Source of the DNA: Trichodelitschia bisporula | Lineage: Eukaryota | DNA length: 64,000 bases | Direction: 5' to 3' | Assembly: GCA_010356995.1 (NCBI GenBank) | Contig: ML996707.1 | Coordinates: 1 to 64,000 of the forward strand | Part shown: piece after piece, positions 1 to 9,905 of the stretch | How positions within the stretch are numbered: the stretch's first letter is position 1 | How the letters are laid out: each line of letters opens with the position of its first letter | Made by a program: the position numbers and the translations under genes | The notes under the pieces: model-generated | What the model was told of the DNA's origin: nothing | What the model saw: only the letters and a program-made list of their open reading frames with translations | The model's database searches: none

Positions 1-1
1 G

Positions 2-253
2 GCGCTGCAGACGCTCGAGGGCCATGAGGATATCAACGCCGCGGCCTTCTGGCTGGACGGCAAGCAGTCGCCAGGTTCCAGATCGGATACTCCACGTTTC
101 AGAATTGTCGGGGAATGGATAACCATAGGCGCGGAAGAACGTCTTTGGCTTCCAGTCGAGTATCGCAGTCCGAAGGCCGTCGCCATTCACGGGGATAAGA
201 TTGGCTTAGGGTATGAGTCTGGTCGAGTGCTGTGTATGGAATTCATTTGCTGA
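2..253 (+). CDS. 3' end of a HET-E-like NACHT/WD40 (NWD/NLR-type) protein; gene starts upstream of the window
   Basis: Frame 2 reads ALQTLEGHEDINAAAFWLDGKQ...GEWITIGAEERLWLPVEYRSPKAVAIHGDKIGLGYESGRVLCMEFIC*. This is a last degenerate LQTLEGH WD repeat followed by the LWLPxEYR...GxxSGRV tail typical of fungal NWD proteins. Confidence 0.8.
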   Translation, partial: ALQTLEGHEDINAAAFWLDGKQSPGSRSDTPRFRIVGEWITIGAEERLWLPVEYRSPKAVAIHGDKIGLGYESGRVLCMEFIC

Positions 254-1199
254 AGTGTCTCTTAACCTCCTCCCCACCCACCTCCGTTGCGGCCATGGTC
301 TTTTTATACCTTTTTTTAGAGCGAAAGTGGCAATGAATTACGTATTGAAATGGGACAGCTTTGAAATCGAATGCTCCAATTACAAATAGTAGCAATGGCG
401 GATGAAAATATCACCATCAGCGATGTAATAGCTTCAATGCATTGTGGATCTGGAAGTATCTAGAATTAACCATTCCTTCACAACGCAGAGAAGATATGAT
501 GGAATGTGGTGGCTGTGCTGAAAGTTTGCCACTCCCAGCTTCTTGTGTCTAGCAAAGCGTTGACGAAGACGAGGCCAGGCCCTAGCTCAACCTGTTTCAA
601 GCCGGAAAAGGGAGACGGTCACATACAGCATGTCCTCTCATTAGCCTCCATTGATAAAGACGTGAAGCTATGCTAGGATGCTAGGGGGATAATCCTGTGT
701 ATGTCATCCGAGACCCTGCACAGAGAGCCTGATTCTTGAGCGCCACCTCCGGGCGCGCCACTATCTCCTCCGCGCCACCAATTCCACCCGCGCCACCAAC
801 TTCACCCGTGCCACCAGCCCAGTCGCCACCTGCGCCACTGCCTCAGCTCGTCTCCCTTCCCCCACCACGGTACAACCCCGTACTCAGCCCGCTAGTCACC
901 CCACGCGGAGAATCGGAGTGCGGGGTAGCGTTGCCTAAGTCACGTTCAGGCAGAGGTGACGCTGCAGAGACGGAACAGGGGTCCCTACAGGCGCCCACGC
1001 TTGATCGAGATATGACCCTCCCGATACTCATCATGCTTCGCTTGCAGATCCAACCGGGCCAGTTCTGTAGGGGAACCGGCGACAGGCCGAAGACGGGGCG
1101 ATTTGAGGGAGGCGTGGTGGTTCAATGTGGAGGCAGGACGAGCACACGTTACTGCCCATCCAAAATCTCTTAACGCGCCAGTAATTTACTCGAGCGGCG

Positions 1200-1794
1200 C
1201 CGCGCCCACCCACCGCTCGACGTAGAAACCGAGGCGCAGAACCCGCACCGTACATCCCAGCTGCTCGAGCAGTCACTCCGCAAGCTACGCCAGCTGCTGC
1301 ATCCCGGCGCCCTCACCGAGTACAGTTCTGCGGGGCTGCCGGCGTTGTCGAGCCGACGGGCCAGCGCCCGCGAGCCGCTCCGGTTGAGCCTGTTCGACGA
1401 GGCTGGTCTCCGACAAGGCCCATGTTGCGCACCACTATCCCGCTGTGGCCGAGAAGCCGCGGAAGACGGCCCATGTCGTGATGCCGCCGGTGCGGCGTGT
1501 GTCTACGCCAAATGGCAAAGGTCCGCCCCAGGGCGAGACGATTCAGGTGGAGCCGAAGCCCCAGATGACGCCAGCGCCGGACATACTAGGCAGCATCCAA
1601 GTGACGGCTCGGAAGCCGGTCCGGCCTGTCATCCAGGTCCAGCAGCCTGTTCAGGCTCGGCCAACCGTCCGGTCCAGCCTGGTCAGGTTCGGCCAGCAGT
1701 CACGGTCCAGCAGCCCGTGGTTCAGCCAACCGTTCAGATCGGGCCAGCCATTCAGGTTCAAGCTACCCAGATGAACAATTTAAGAGCTGCTTGA
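1200..1794 (+). pseudogene. Decayed low-complexity gene remnant with Val/Gln/Pro tandem repeats
   Basis: Peptide repeats VRPVIQVQQPVQ / ARPTV(T)VQPGQ / VRPAVTVQQPVV continue across a 1-nt frameshift near 1670 (gtc-cg-gtc versus gtc-acg-gtc in the next unit). Another apparent frame switch lies near 1440. Confidence 0.35.
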
Positions 1795-1837
1795 TCAGCG
1801 GTTTAATGAAGAGCGGCTTGATAAGCGTTTGAACTGT

Positions 1838-1910
1838 TTGATCGATTGACTGCTTCATTGCTTGACTACTTGATCGATTGACTGCTTAAGTGATTGACTG
1901 CTTGACTAAC
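1838..1910. repeat. Short imperfect tandem repeats (ttgatcgattgactgctt-like)
   Basis: ttgatcgattgactgctt occurs twice and gattgactgctt three times within ~70 bp. Confidence 0.6.
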
Positions 1911-2271
1911 CACACCCCATCAAAACATTGCGCCGAAAAGTGTTCAAAGGGGCGAGAAGGACCAGATTGGTAATCATTGAGTTCGAATATGTTCTAGTTC
2001 TTTCTGTTTATGCAAGCGTATTCGACACTCTTATGTATATATATCAGCAGATAGTTAGGTTGCAGGAATTCGACCAACTCATCGTAATACTCCAAGTGTT
2101 GGAAAGCGGTGGCTGTGTTCAGCCTTACCCAGTTTCAGCCACAGGGCTCGAGTCTAAGTAGACTCGGGATCCCCACCACTTTGACAGTTAAGCAACTTGT
2201 TCATGGACAAACCTTCGGTCTAACTTGTGATGCTGTGATGTTTCCATTAATATCACGCCTCCTTTTAAACA

Positions 2272-3420
2272 AACTCAGTGTGTAACTGGAAGGGCAGAGG
2301 CGGCATCGCCACGTCCGACGGCAAGCGCGACCGCTGGCACGTCGACGAGGCCGGCGAGCTAGTCGACAGCCTGCAGCCCGGCGCGCAGAGCAGCGGATGG
2401 ATCAAGCGCGTCGTCGACCTGGTCCGGAAACAACTCGCCGACGGCGAGGAGTGGGGGATCGGATGCATCAACTCTGCGTTCGTGGAGTAGATTGCGCGCA
2501 CGCTGCCCGTTATCGCCGTGGACGGCGAAAGGAAGGGCCTGGAGAAGTTTGTGGTTGATACGCTGCGCACCTGGGCGGGGCACAAGTGGGAGGGCGCGCG
2601 CGTTGTGAGGTTGGTTGAGCGCATCGTTAAGCGCCTTGTCTACCAGTGGTATTAGGACTTGTACGTGCGCCCGCACCAGCGCCCGCTCGCGGCGTATACG
2701 CGCCCTCTCCTGCCGGCTAGTCTCGCCGTCCCGCCCGCGCCCACCGTGATGCCGTTCCACACCTTCACGGCCCTGATGTCCGCCGCGCAAGTCCGGTCCA
2801 TATCATAGCGCAACGGTCTGCGCATCTCAACCTCCACGCTCAAATCCCTCTGGCTGCCGCCCACCGTGCACCGCCCCCCGCCCCCGCCCGCCCCGCATCT
2901 CAACGTCGGCTACGTGAGCGGCAACTTCAACAACCACCCGTTAGCGCATTTGACGCAATCCGTCTTCGGACTGCACGACCCGACTCGTGTACGCGCGTTC
3001 TATTATGCCACGACTGCAAGCGATGGCTCCGTGCACCGCGCGCAGATCGAGCGCGAGGCGCCTGTATTCTGCGACGCGACGCTCTGGCCCGTCGAGCAGC
3101 TCGTCGCGCAAATCGTGGCGGACGGTATCTACATCTCGTAAACCTAAGCGGATACACGCGGGGCGCGCACAACGAAGTCTTCGCGGCGCGGCCGGCGCCG
3201 ATTCAAATGTCCTTCATGGGCTTCGCGGGGACGCTAGGCGCGGAGTGGTGCGATTATCTCTTGGCTGATGAAAAGGCGGTTCCACCGACGATGTTGAGGC
3301 CGTGGCGGGAGAATGTGGGTGCTAGGGATCTGACGGAGGATGGGCATTTTGGGGAGAATGTGGTGTATTGCAAAGAGACTTTTTTTGCTGCGATCATGCG
3401 CAGAGTGCGCCTGATGCGGG
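2272..3420 (+). pseudogene. Internal fragment of O-GlcNAc transferase (glycosyltransferase family 41), inactivated
   Basis: Reads NSVCNWKGRGG...LNVGYVSGNFNNHPLAHLTQSVFGLHD...VNLSGYTRGAHNEVFAARPAPIQMSFMGFAGTLGAEWCDYL...TFF(C)CDHAQSAPDA. In-frame TAG stops at 2488, 2653 and 2806, and 1-nt frameshifts near 3135 and 3385. No TPR N-terminus or C-terminal catalytic half is present. Confidence 0.9.
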
Positions 3421-3428
3421 GGGGGGGC

Positions 3429-4187
3429 ATTTAGGGCATCGATGTATGCTTTTTTCACAACCAACCCTCCCATTGAGTGGGCGACAAACAGGATAGGCAC
3501 GGTTCCGATTTCGTGGCTTTCGCGTGTATCATGATTTCGGCTACGAGCCATCAAGGCCAGTCAGTCCATGGCGAAATTCCCAATAGTCTGGTTGTTGGCT
3601 TCGGTCGACAACCAATCCGCGTTGTAACCATAGGTGAAAATCCTGGCCTTTTCCATACCACGCTCTTTCGGAAGCCATTCACCTGGCCAGAAGAGCTCCG
3701 GGTTGCCGCCTTTGGCCCAGGTTGCATGACTTGAACCGCCGAGTCCGTGAACGAATATGATATCCACAGCGGGAGAACCGCTCGGCGCCGCGACGAGGGT
3801 TAGGGTGCGCGAATTCGGTAGCGATGTGGGTACAACCGTCTCGCGACCTGTGGGGCCGGGACTCGATGATGATGGTGGCACGCGCTGCTCGCTGGGCTCG
3901 GTGGAGGGTTGGCCGGCGGGAGCACGGAATGCAACATGATTACCAGCTGCGCTGGGCTCGGTCCTGTCACCGGCTTCATCGCGTTTCTTGCCATGTTTAC
4001 GCCTTTGTCTGTTCCAAAATTTGTCCTGAACCCAGTTAGTAAGGGCCAAAGGCGATGGCAGAAAGAGCTCAGATACAGTGAATACAGTTGTACCACACAT
4101 GGGAGTGAAAACGGCATACATCGAGCTTAAGGAGCAAGAGCAGTGTGGCGAAGGAACATACGTACCATGATGGTTCAGAGCTGTCAA
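3429..4187 (-). pseudogene. SesB/SERAC1/PGAP1-like alpha/beta hydrolase fragment (NLR N-terminal effector type), truncated
   Basis: Reads VDIIFVHGLGGSSHATW...FWPGEWLP...ARIFTYGYNA...NFAMD*LALM...PILFVAHSMGGLVVKKAY (nucleophile elbow AHSMGG). In-frame TGA at 3561-3563, and homology ends at the G-run near 3420-3428. The 5' boundary is uncertain. Confidence 0.8.
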
Positions 4188-4650
4188 GACGCTTCGTTGC
4201 TCAGTTTTGAGATGCTAAAGAGGCGAAAAGCTGATGGGAAATGAACCAGGTCCGCGAGCCACTGGCCCTCAGCTGCTGTGGGATTACTCAGTGCGGGGGT
4301 GCTTGGCGCTCCCAGCCCCGTGTACTACGTGGAGGCTGTGACAAGTGCGCAAAGGCATTCTCGGTCTGTCCTGGCCGTCCAGTAACAGCTGCAGCTGGTC
4401 CCGGCACCGGGGGGCGCAGCCTGACCACCGACAGCCTATCTCGAGGGACACGCTGTCCCCAAAACCCAGAAGGAGGACCAGTGGGAACTCGCAGGGCGAG
4501 AAGCGGAGGGAGGGCAGTAGCATCGCAAGCCAAAATGAGTGCAAACGTGGAGCATCATGTCACTCTCAAAACTGAAGTTGATAGTTCTAGTTGGCGGCTT
4601 GATGTCAAAACTGAGTAGGATGGGATCGGCTTGCAGGGGTCTGACGAGTC

Positions 4651-4695
4651 GCGCCTGCGCCTGCGCCTGCGCCTGCGCCTGCGCCTGCGCTTGCG
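4651..4695. repeat. (GCCTGC)n hexanucleotide microsatellite
   Basis: About 7 tandem copies visible. Confidence 0.85.
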
Positions 4696-5805
4696 CGAGC
4701 CCCACTTTCATCCGCCCCACTACTCCAGACTGGACACCACCAGCGATCAGCATTGTTAGACGACGTTGAGTAGATTTAAGCACCTACGAACCCGCCCGGT
4801 GCTTTCCTTCTTTGAGGCTAGCGGTGCATGGCTTGAATGCCTCGGCATTGGGAGGATGGTGCGCGATCCGCTGGAGTTCAGGACCAAATGTTGGTATCTG
4901 CAACTGTGGATGGTAGCCAGAGTGGGCGAAAGCAAGATGGAGGGTAGGTGATGTATGCAAGGCCTCGTCACAGGCAAAGTACAAGTAAGCTTTTGAAAAG
5001 GTTAGAAAATGACAAAGAAGACAGCAGCGTCTCGGGGCCCTCAGCAGTGTGTAAACAGCAGTCGCATATCGCCTTCCACTGCCCCTGTCAATAACTGCCC
5101 TTAGGCCTAGTGTTGACCGTCACTCCCTGCCCAACTCACAGATGGGTCCTTTCCAGGATACAAACGATGCCTTCCATACTCATGAGTGCCTTAACAGTAC
5201 TTGCTTGGTGCCTTTGTGCCTTACGTCCCGTGTTCACATCAGCCAGTCTACGATGAAATAGTCGTGATTCTGAAGCATATCGGGTTCTCATCCTACCTAT
5301 CCACTCGTACAAAGGTAGTCGAAGATTTCCTCCTGTTCCCTCAGCCGTTCAGCGCGAAGCTCGTCACTATCGACTGCTTTTGGGGTCGGGCGCGAATGGG
5401 TCAGGCGCGCTTGCCTCTCTTTCGAGGACATGAGATATTTAATGATCGTGTCTTAAGGCCACCATGGACCACTTGGAGGCGGAATCAGACATGTCCTTTG
5501 CCATTTTTTCGAGGTGTGATTATTCGAGTTGAGGTTAATGGATTGTGATGAATGACTGTAAACTTTGACTGGGCGTAGCATTTATATACCTCTGGTCGCA
5601 GGGACAGTTGGTTCAAGAGTCCCAAAGCGGACAGAGTGCACTCCAGAAGCCACATGCGTTGCGTACGTCAGCATGGTGCGTAGTACTACGGTACCAGGCC
5701 GAATATATGTTAGGGGTCCAAAGTCCCCCAAGAAAAGTAATGATTCCTCTCCCGGTTCACTGGCAATGCCTCACAAAACGCCGCGGGGTGAACCCTGAGC
5801 TCTAG

Positions 5806-5862
5806 AGTACCGGGTAACTCGCTCAGTGCCGGGTAACGAGCTGAGTGCCGGGTAACGAGCTC
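5806..5862. repeat. Three tandem 19-bp units, each containing CCGGGTAA
   Basis: agtaccgggtaactcgctc / agtgccgggtaacgagctg / agtgccgggtaacgagctc. Confidence 0.85.
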
Positions 5863-6266
5863 TACCTAACAACTGGTCGCGTACGGCACATCATCGATAC
5901 TGGTAGACGCATCTTAATGCGAATATCTGACTGCGCTAGCATGCTAACGATAAACCTAATTCCCGATAAACCCGGACCAGCGGCACGCTATGTAGCTACG
6001 CCTTATTGCTCTTAGTCCTGTTGCAGTTGATGCATGGGATGAAGTCGCGATCGTGACGTCAGATTAGCCTAGGCTACCGGCCCCTTCGGCCCTCTCACGA
6101 TGTCCTTCACCGCCAGCGCCGCAAAATTAGCCACGTCACCGTCATCACGATTCTTATCACCACCCCTCGCCCTTCACTCGTCGCCATACCACCACACCCC
6201 CCTCATGATACCAACTCCCCCATACCACCCGCTGATACCACTATCTTCCACCCCAATTTACCTACA

Positions 6267-7144
6267 ATGTACGATCCCCCGGAAGGTCCACCTCCAGGAT
6301 GGCGTCCGCTCAAAGACGTCACGTTCGCACCCGTGCACGATGAGCACTGGCCTAAACTAGCTGCCCGGGGCTGGACTACCGTTACCAGCGCCCCGGATAC
6401 AGACGCGCTCGTCACTGCGGCCGCGGCCTTCTTCGCCCAGCCCGCCGCCGCCAAGGAGGTTCCCGGCTACACCCACATCGCGGGCGAGAAGCAGCTGCTG
6501 ACGTTGACGTCCCCGACACAGTTCCCGCCCGCGGCGGCCATATGGACGCAGGCGCGCAAACTCCTCCTTGAAGCGCTGGCCGCCGTCGAGCGCTCCCTCG
6601 CCATGCCGCCCGGCGCGCTGAGTCGCTTCGACGGCACACACAGCATCCTGCGCGTGTTTGATTACGAGGGTGCGGGCCTTGTTGCCGAGCGTGCGTCACA
6701 GATTCCGGCTTTTCCGACCTGGCTAACCGCCCAGCGCACTGTGACCTAGGACTGCTCACCCTCGTCGTCAGCACGACGCCTGGCCTCGAGGTCTGGGATG
6801 ACGGATGGGTGCCTATCGAGCGCAACTCTATTGCTGGCACGCTCCTCGTGGGCACCGAGCTCGCGTTCCTGACTAACGGGCGCTACAGCGCGGGACGTCA
6901 TCGCGTGGTCGCGGACGGACCGCGGTACAGCGTCGTCTTTGCCCTGCGGGCGCACTGGCCGACGCCGATCGACTACACAACTCTCTCCACCCCAATTACA
7001 GGCACATTCGCTGGGCCTCCCACAGCGGGCGAGCTGGCCCAGCGCATCCGTGCCACTCGCTATAATATCAATGGCCCGGTCGAGGGGCGCAAGAGGCCAG
7101 CCCTAGCACAATCTGCACAATCTCCAGCCAATCTATCAAAATAG
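6267..7144 (+). CDS. 2-oxoglutarate/Fe(II)-dependent oxygenase (2 exons)
   Basis: Intron 6691-6734 (GTGCGT...GCTAAC...CAG) joins AE-P-HCDLGLLTLV (HxD motif). The distal His is in AGRHRVV and the 2OG-binding RxS motif is in RYSVVF. Confidence 0.88.
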
Positions 7145-7227
7145 GATCGCCGAGGCCGCGCGTGCCATCAGGGCTACTTAAGCACCCGAATGACCATCGT
7201 CTGGCACCGTCAGCCACCACCGTCAAC

Positions 7228-7730
7228 ATGCATCTCCTTCTCCTCCTTGCAGCGACCGCCCTCGCGGCCCCGCAACGCCGTACGTCCCTGCCATGGCACC
7301 CGTTCCATCACTGACCGCCGCAGCACAGCAGACACCGCGGCCCAAGGGCGTGGTCGGCCAGCTTGCCGAAGGCATCGGCGCCGGGATCCAGGACGTCGCC
7401 GACGACGTCTTCGGGTGGCTGCCGTGGTACAACGGCGCGGACCAGCCCCAACCGCCGCGCCAACCACCGCGCCAACAGCCGGCGGCATCGACCGTTGTCG
7501 TCTATGTGCCAACGCCAGCGAACTACGGAGGCGGGCGCCCGACGCAGGCACAGGGCGCGTGGGGACAGCCGGCGCAACAGCAAGGCGCGTGGGGGCAGCC
7601 GAAGCAGCAGCAGGGCGCGTGGGGAGGACAGCAGCAGGGTCTGCCATGGAACGGACGCTCGAGCGAGGTAGAGCAGGCAGATAACGGGGCAGAGAATGCA
7701 GAGACGGAGACGGAGACGGTTGAGCAGTAG
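7228..7730 (+). CDS. Small secreted Gln/Gly/Trp-repeat protein (2 exons, ~152 aa)
   Basis: ATG 7228 gives signal peptide MHLLLLLAATALA. Intron 7280-7323 (GTACGT...CTGAC...CAG) restores the frame of ORF 7293-7730. Contains QGAWGQP-type repeats. Confidence 0.75.
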
Positions 7731-8797
7731 TCAATTTTTAGTGCATCAATTCGCCCAACGGCCGTGTTCACCCATCAGGCAGCGTGACACGTCCCTCTTA
7801 TACGCCCGCGTCGGTGGCGTCCCCAAGGGGTTGTGAAGTGGCTGGCGGCCTAGTGCTATGCAGTAGTTCTAGTAATGCTTCAAGTCGAGCCGGTGCAGAT
7901 GCTCGGCATACTCGCGCGACAGCTCATCGGCCGTAAAAGGTATCTGTCTCGGCGGAACAGTGCCATATTGACACGAGCCGGCACGCCGGTTGGCAGGCTT
8001 GGGCGGTGATATGGAGACAGAAACGGCGAACAATGTAGCCAAGATTACGGTGTGGATGACGATGCGGCTGCTGCGATTGAGGATATGGATAATGCCGCTC
8101 CGGATATGATGCATGTCGCAGCATGATGCAATGTGAACGCTCCATAAGCTCGGTTTGCCAGCGTCCAAAGCCTTCTGCTGCCCACTGGGTCAATCATCAA
8201 ATGTCTAGCAGTGTTTGCGGGCACTTGATGGAAACTGCAGGCCAGAAATGGATGACAATCAGACATGCGGCGCACTTTGGGGATGCTTTTAACCTCCCAG
8301 AATGCCGCAACGCATGCAGCCACTTTGTTCCAGCGAGTCTCTGTATTGTAGGCTGCAGAAACTCCAAGAGCTAGCAGACTAGACGTAATTTATACTGTCG
8401 TCAGCAAATGTGAGTTTGAAGCTGTTGATTTGCGGTAGATTTGCGGTAGACTTTTGTGTGCCCTGCAGTGTACTCGTAAATGCCATTGGCCGTCGTACGA
8501 TGCTGCGTGGAGGGAACAAAGACCTCAAAAGCAGATGAGATGGGCATGGAGATGAGACGGAGGACATAAATGAGAGGAAGATGCACTGAGGAGAGAACAC
8601 AAAAAGAAGAGAAGAGAAGAGAAGAGAAGGACACGATGCAAATGTGAGTGAGGTCGTTGCATCCGGCACAAGAGGCACCCGCATCCGCCAGTCACGACTA
8701 CAATCACAAGTCACGACGAGGCAGGACGCAACCCACCGCCCCTGTCGCCGAGACCATCTCCAGGCTCAGAGCGTCGAGCTTCACCCCAACACCAAAA

Positions 8798-9550
8798 ATG
8801 CTGTCGATTCTGCGCAAAGCACGGCTCAAGGACAAGGAGATGCGTGTGCTGCTGCTGTTCGTGCCCACCGTCTCCTCCACTCGTCTCGCTCCACCCATCC
8901 TCATATCCTACCCCGCCCTCATCAACCCCCACCACCTACACCCTCTCCATATGCACTAACCCACCTCTCTCCGCAGCGGCCTCGACGCTGCTGGCAAGAC
9001 CACCATCTGCAAGAAGCTCCTCGGCGAGCCAACCGACAGCGTCAGTCCGACGCTCGGGTTCATCATCAAGACCATCGAGCACGGCGGGTTCCGGCTTAAC
9101 GTGTGGGACGTGGGCGGACAGAAGACGCTGCGGACGTACTGGAAGAACTACTTCGAGAAGACGGACACGCTTGTGTGGGTGGTGGACGGCACTGACGGCG
9201 CTCGCCTGCCTGACTGCCGCGACGAGCTGCACCGCCTGCTGCAGGAGGAGGTAAGAAAGTCTGCCCGCGCGACGCTGATGTCGCTGACCTGCAGCGCCTC
9301 ACTGGCGCGAGCCTCCTCGTGTTCAAGAATAAGAGCGACGTACCTGGCTGTCTGAGCGAGGACGCTGTGCGCGAGGTGAGTCGCCCCTCTGATGGTCGGA
9401 CGAGCACCAACGACGCAGGCGCTCGAGCTCGACTCCATCCGCTCGCACCGCTGGACAATCATCAGTTGCAGTGCCGTGACAGGCATGAACCTCGATGCAG
9501 GGCTGGAGTGGGTGGTGCAGGATGCAAAGGAGCGGCTGTTTCTGTTCTGA
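8798..9550 (+). CDS. ARL2: ADP-ribosylation factor-like protein 2 (Arl2/Cin4/Alp41), 4 exons
   Basis: MLSILRKARLKDKEMRVLLLGLDAAGKTT...WDVGGQKTLRTYWKNYFEKTD...WVVQDAKERLFLF*. Introns 8857-8976, 9251-9294 and 9376-9418. Confidence 0.95.
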
Positions 9551-9905
9551 TGGCGGCGGCGGACGGTAGAAGAGATCTAGACGCGAGAGACAGATAGATA
9601 GTGATAGTGGAGTGCACAGTAAACAATCGTGTGGTTGCTTCTGCGGGCTGAAACATCGGAAATGCAAGCCGAGCGCCGGCTTTTCCAGCTTTCCAGCTCA
9701 CCGAACGCAAACCTCCTCCATCTTCCTTACAACCGTCCAAGACCTCACCGTCCAAGACCTCACCGTCCAAACCTTTCAACCTACCCAATTCGCCAATGCC
9801 GACGTCCAGCCGCTGACAGGGGTACGTATTTTGAACTCCATCCCTCCCGCATCCCCTCCACATTCATATCCCAATCCAATTCCCCCCCCCCACCCCCAAC
9901 CCGCC

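Noticed and set aside
2488..2808. TAG stops in the OGT fragment as A-to-I editing-correctable (UAG to UGG) or recoded stops
   Set aside because: The expected residues are Gln rather than Trp where I can judge, and two frameshifts plus truncation at both ends show true pseudogenisation
5806..5862. Tandem 19-mers as a CRISPR-like array
   Set aside because: No unique spacers, eukaryotic context, no cas genes
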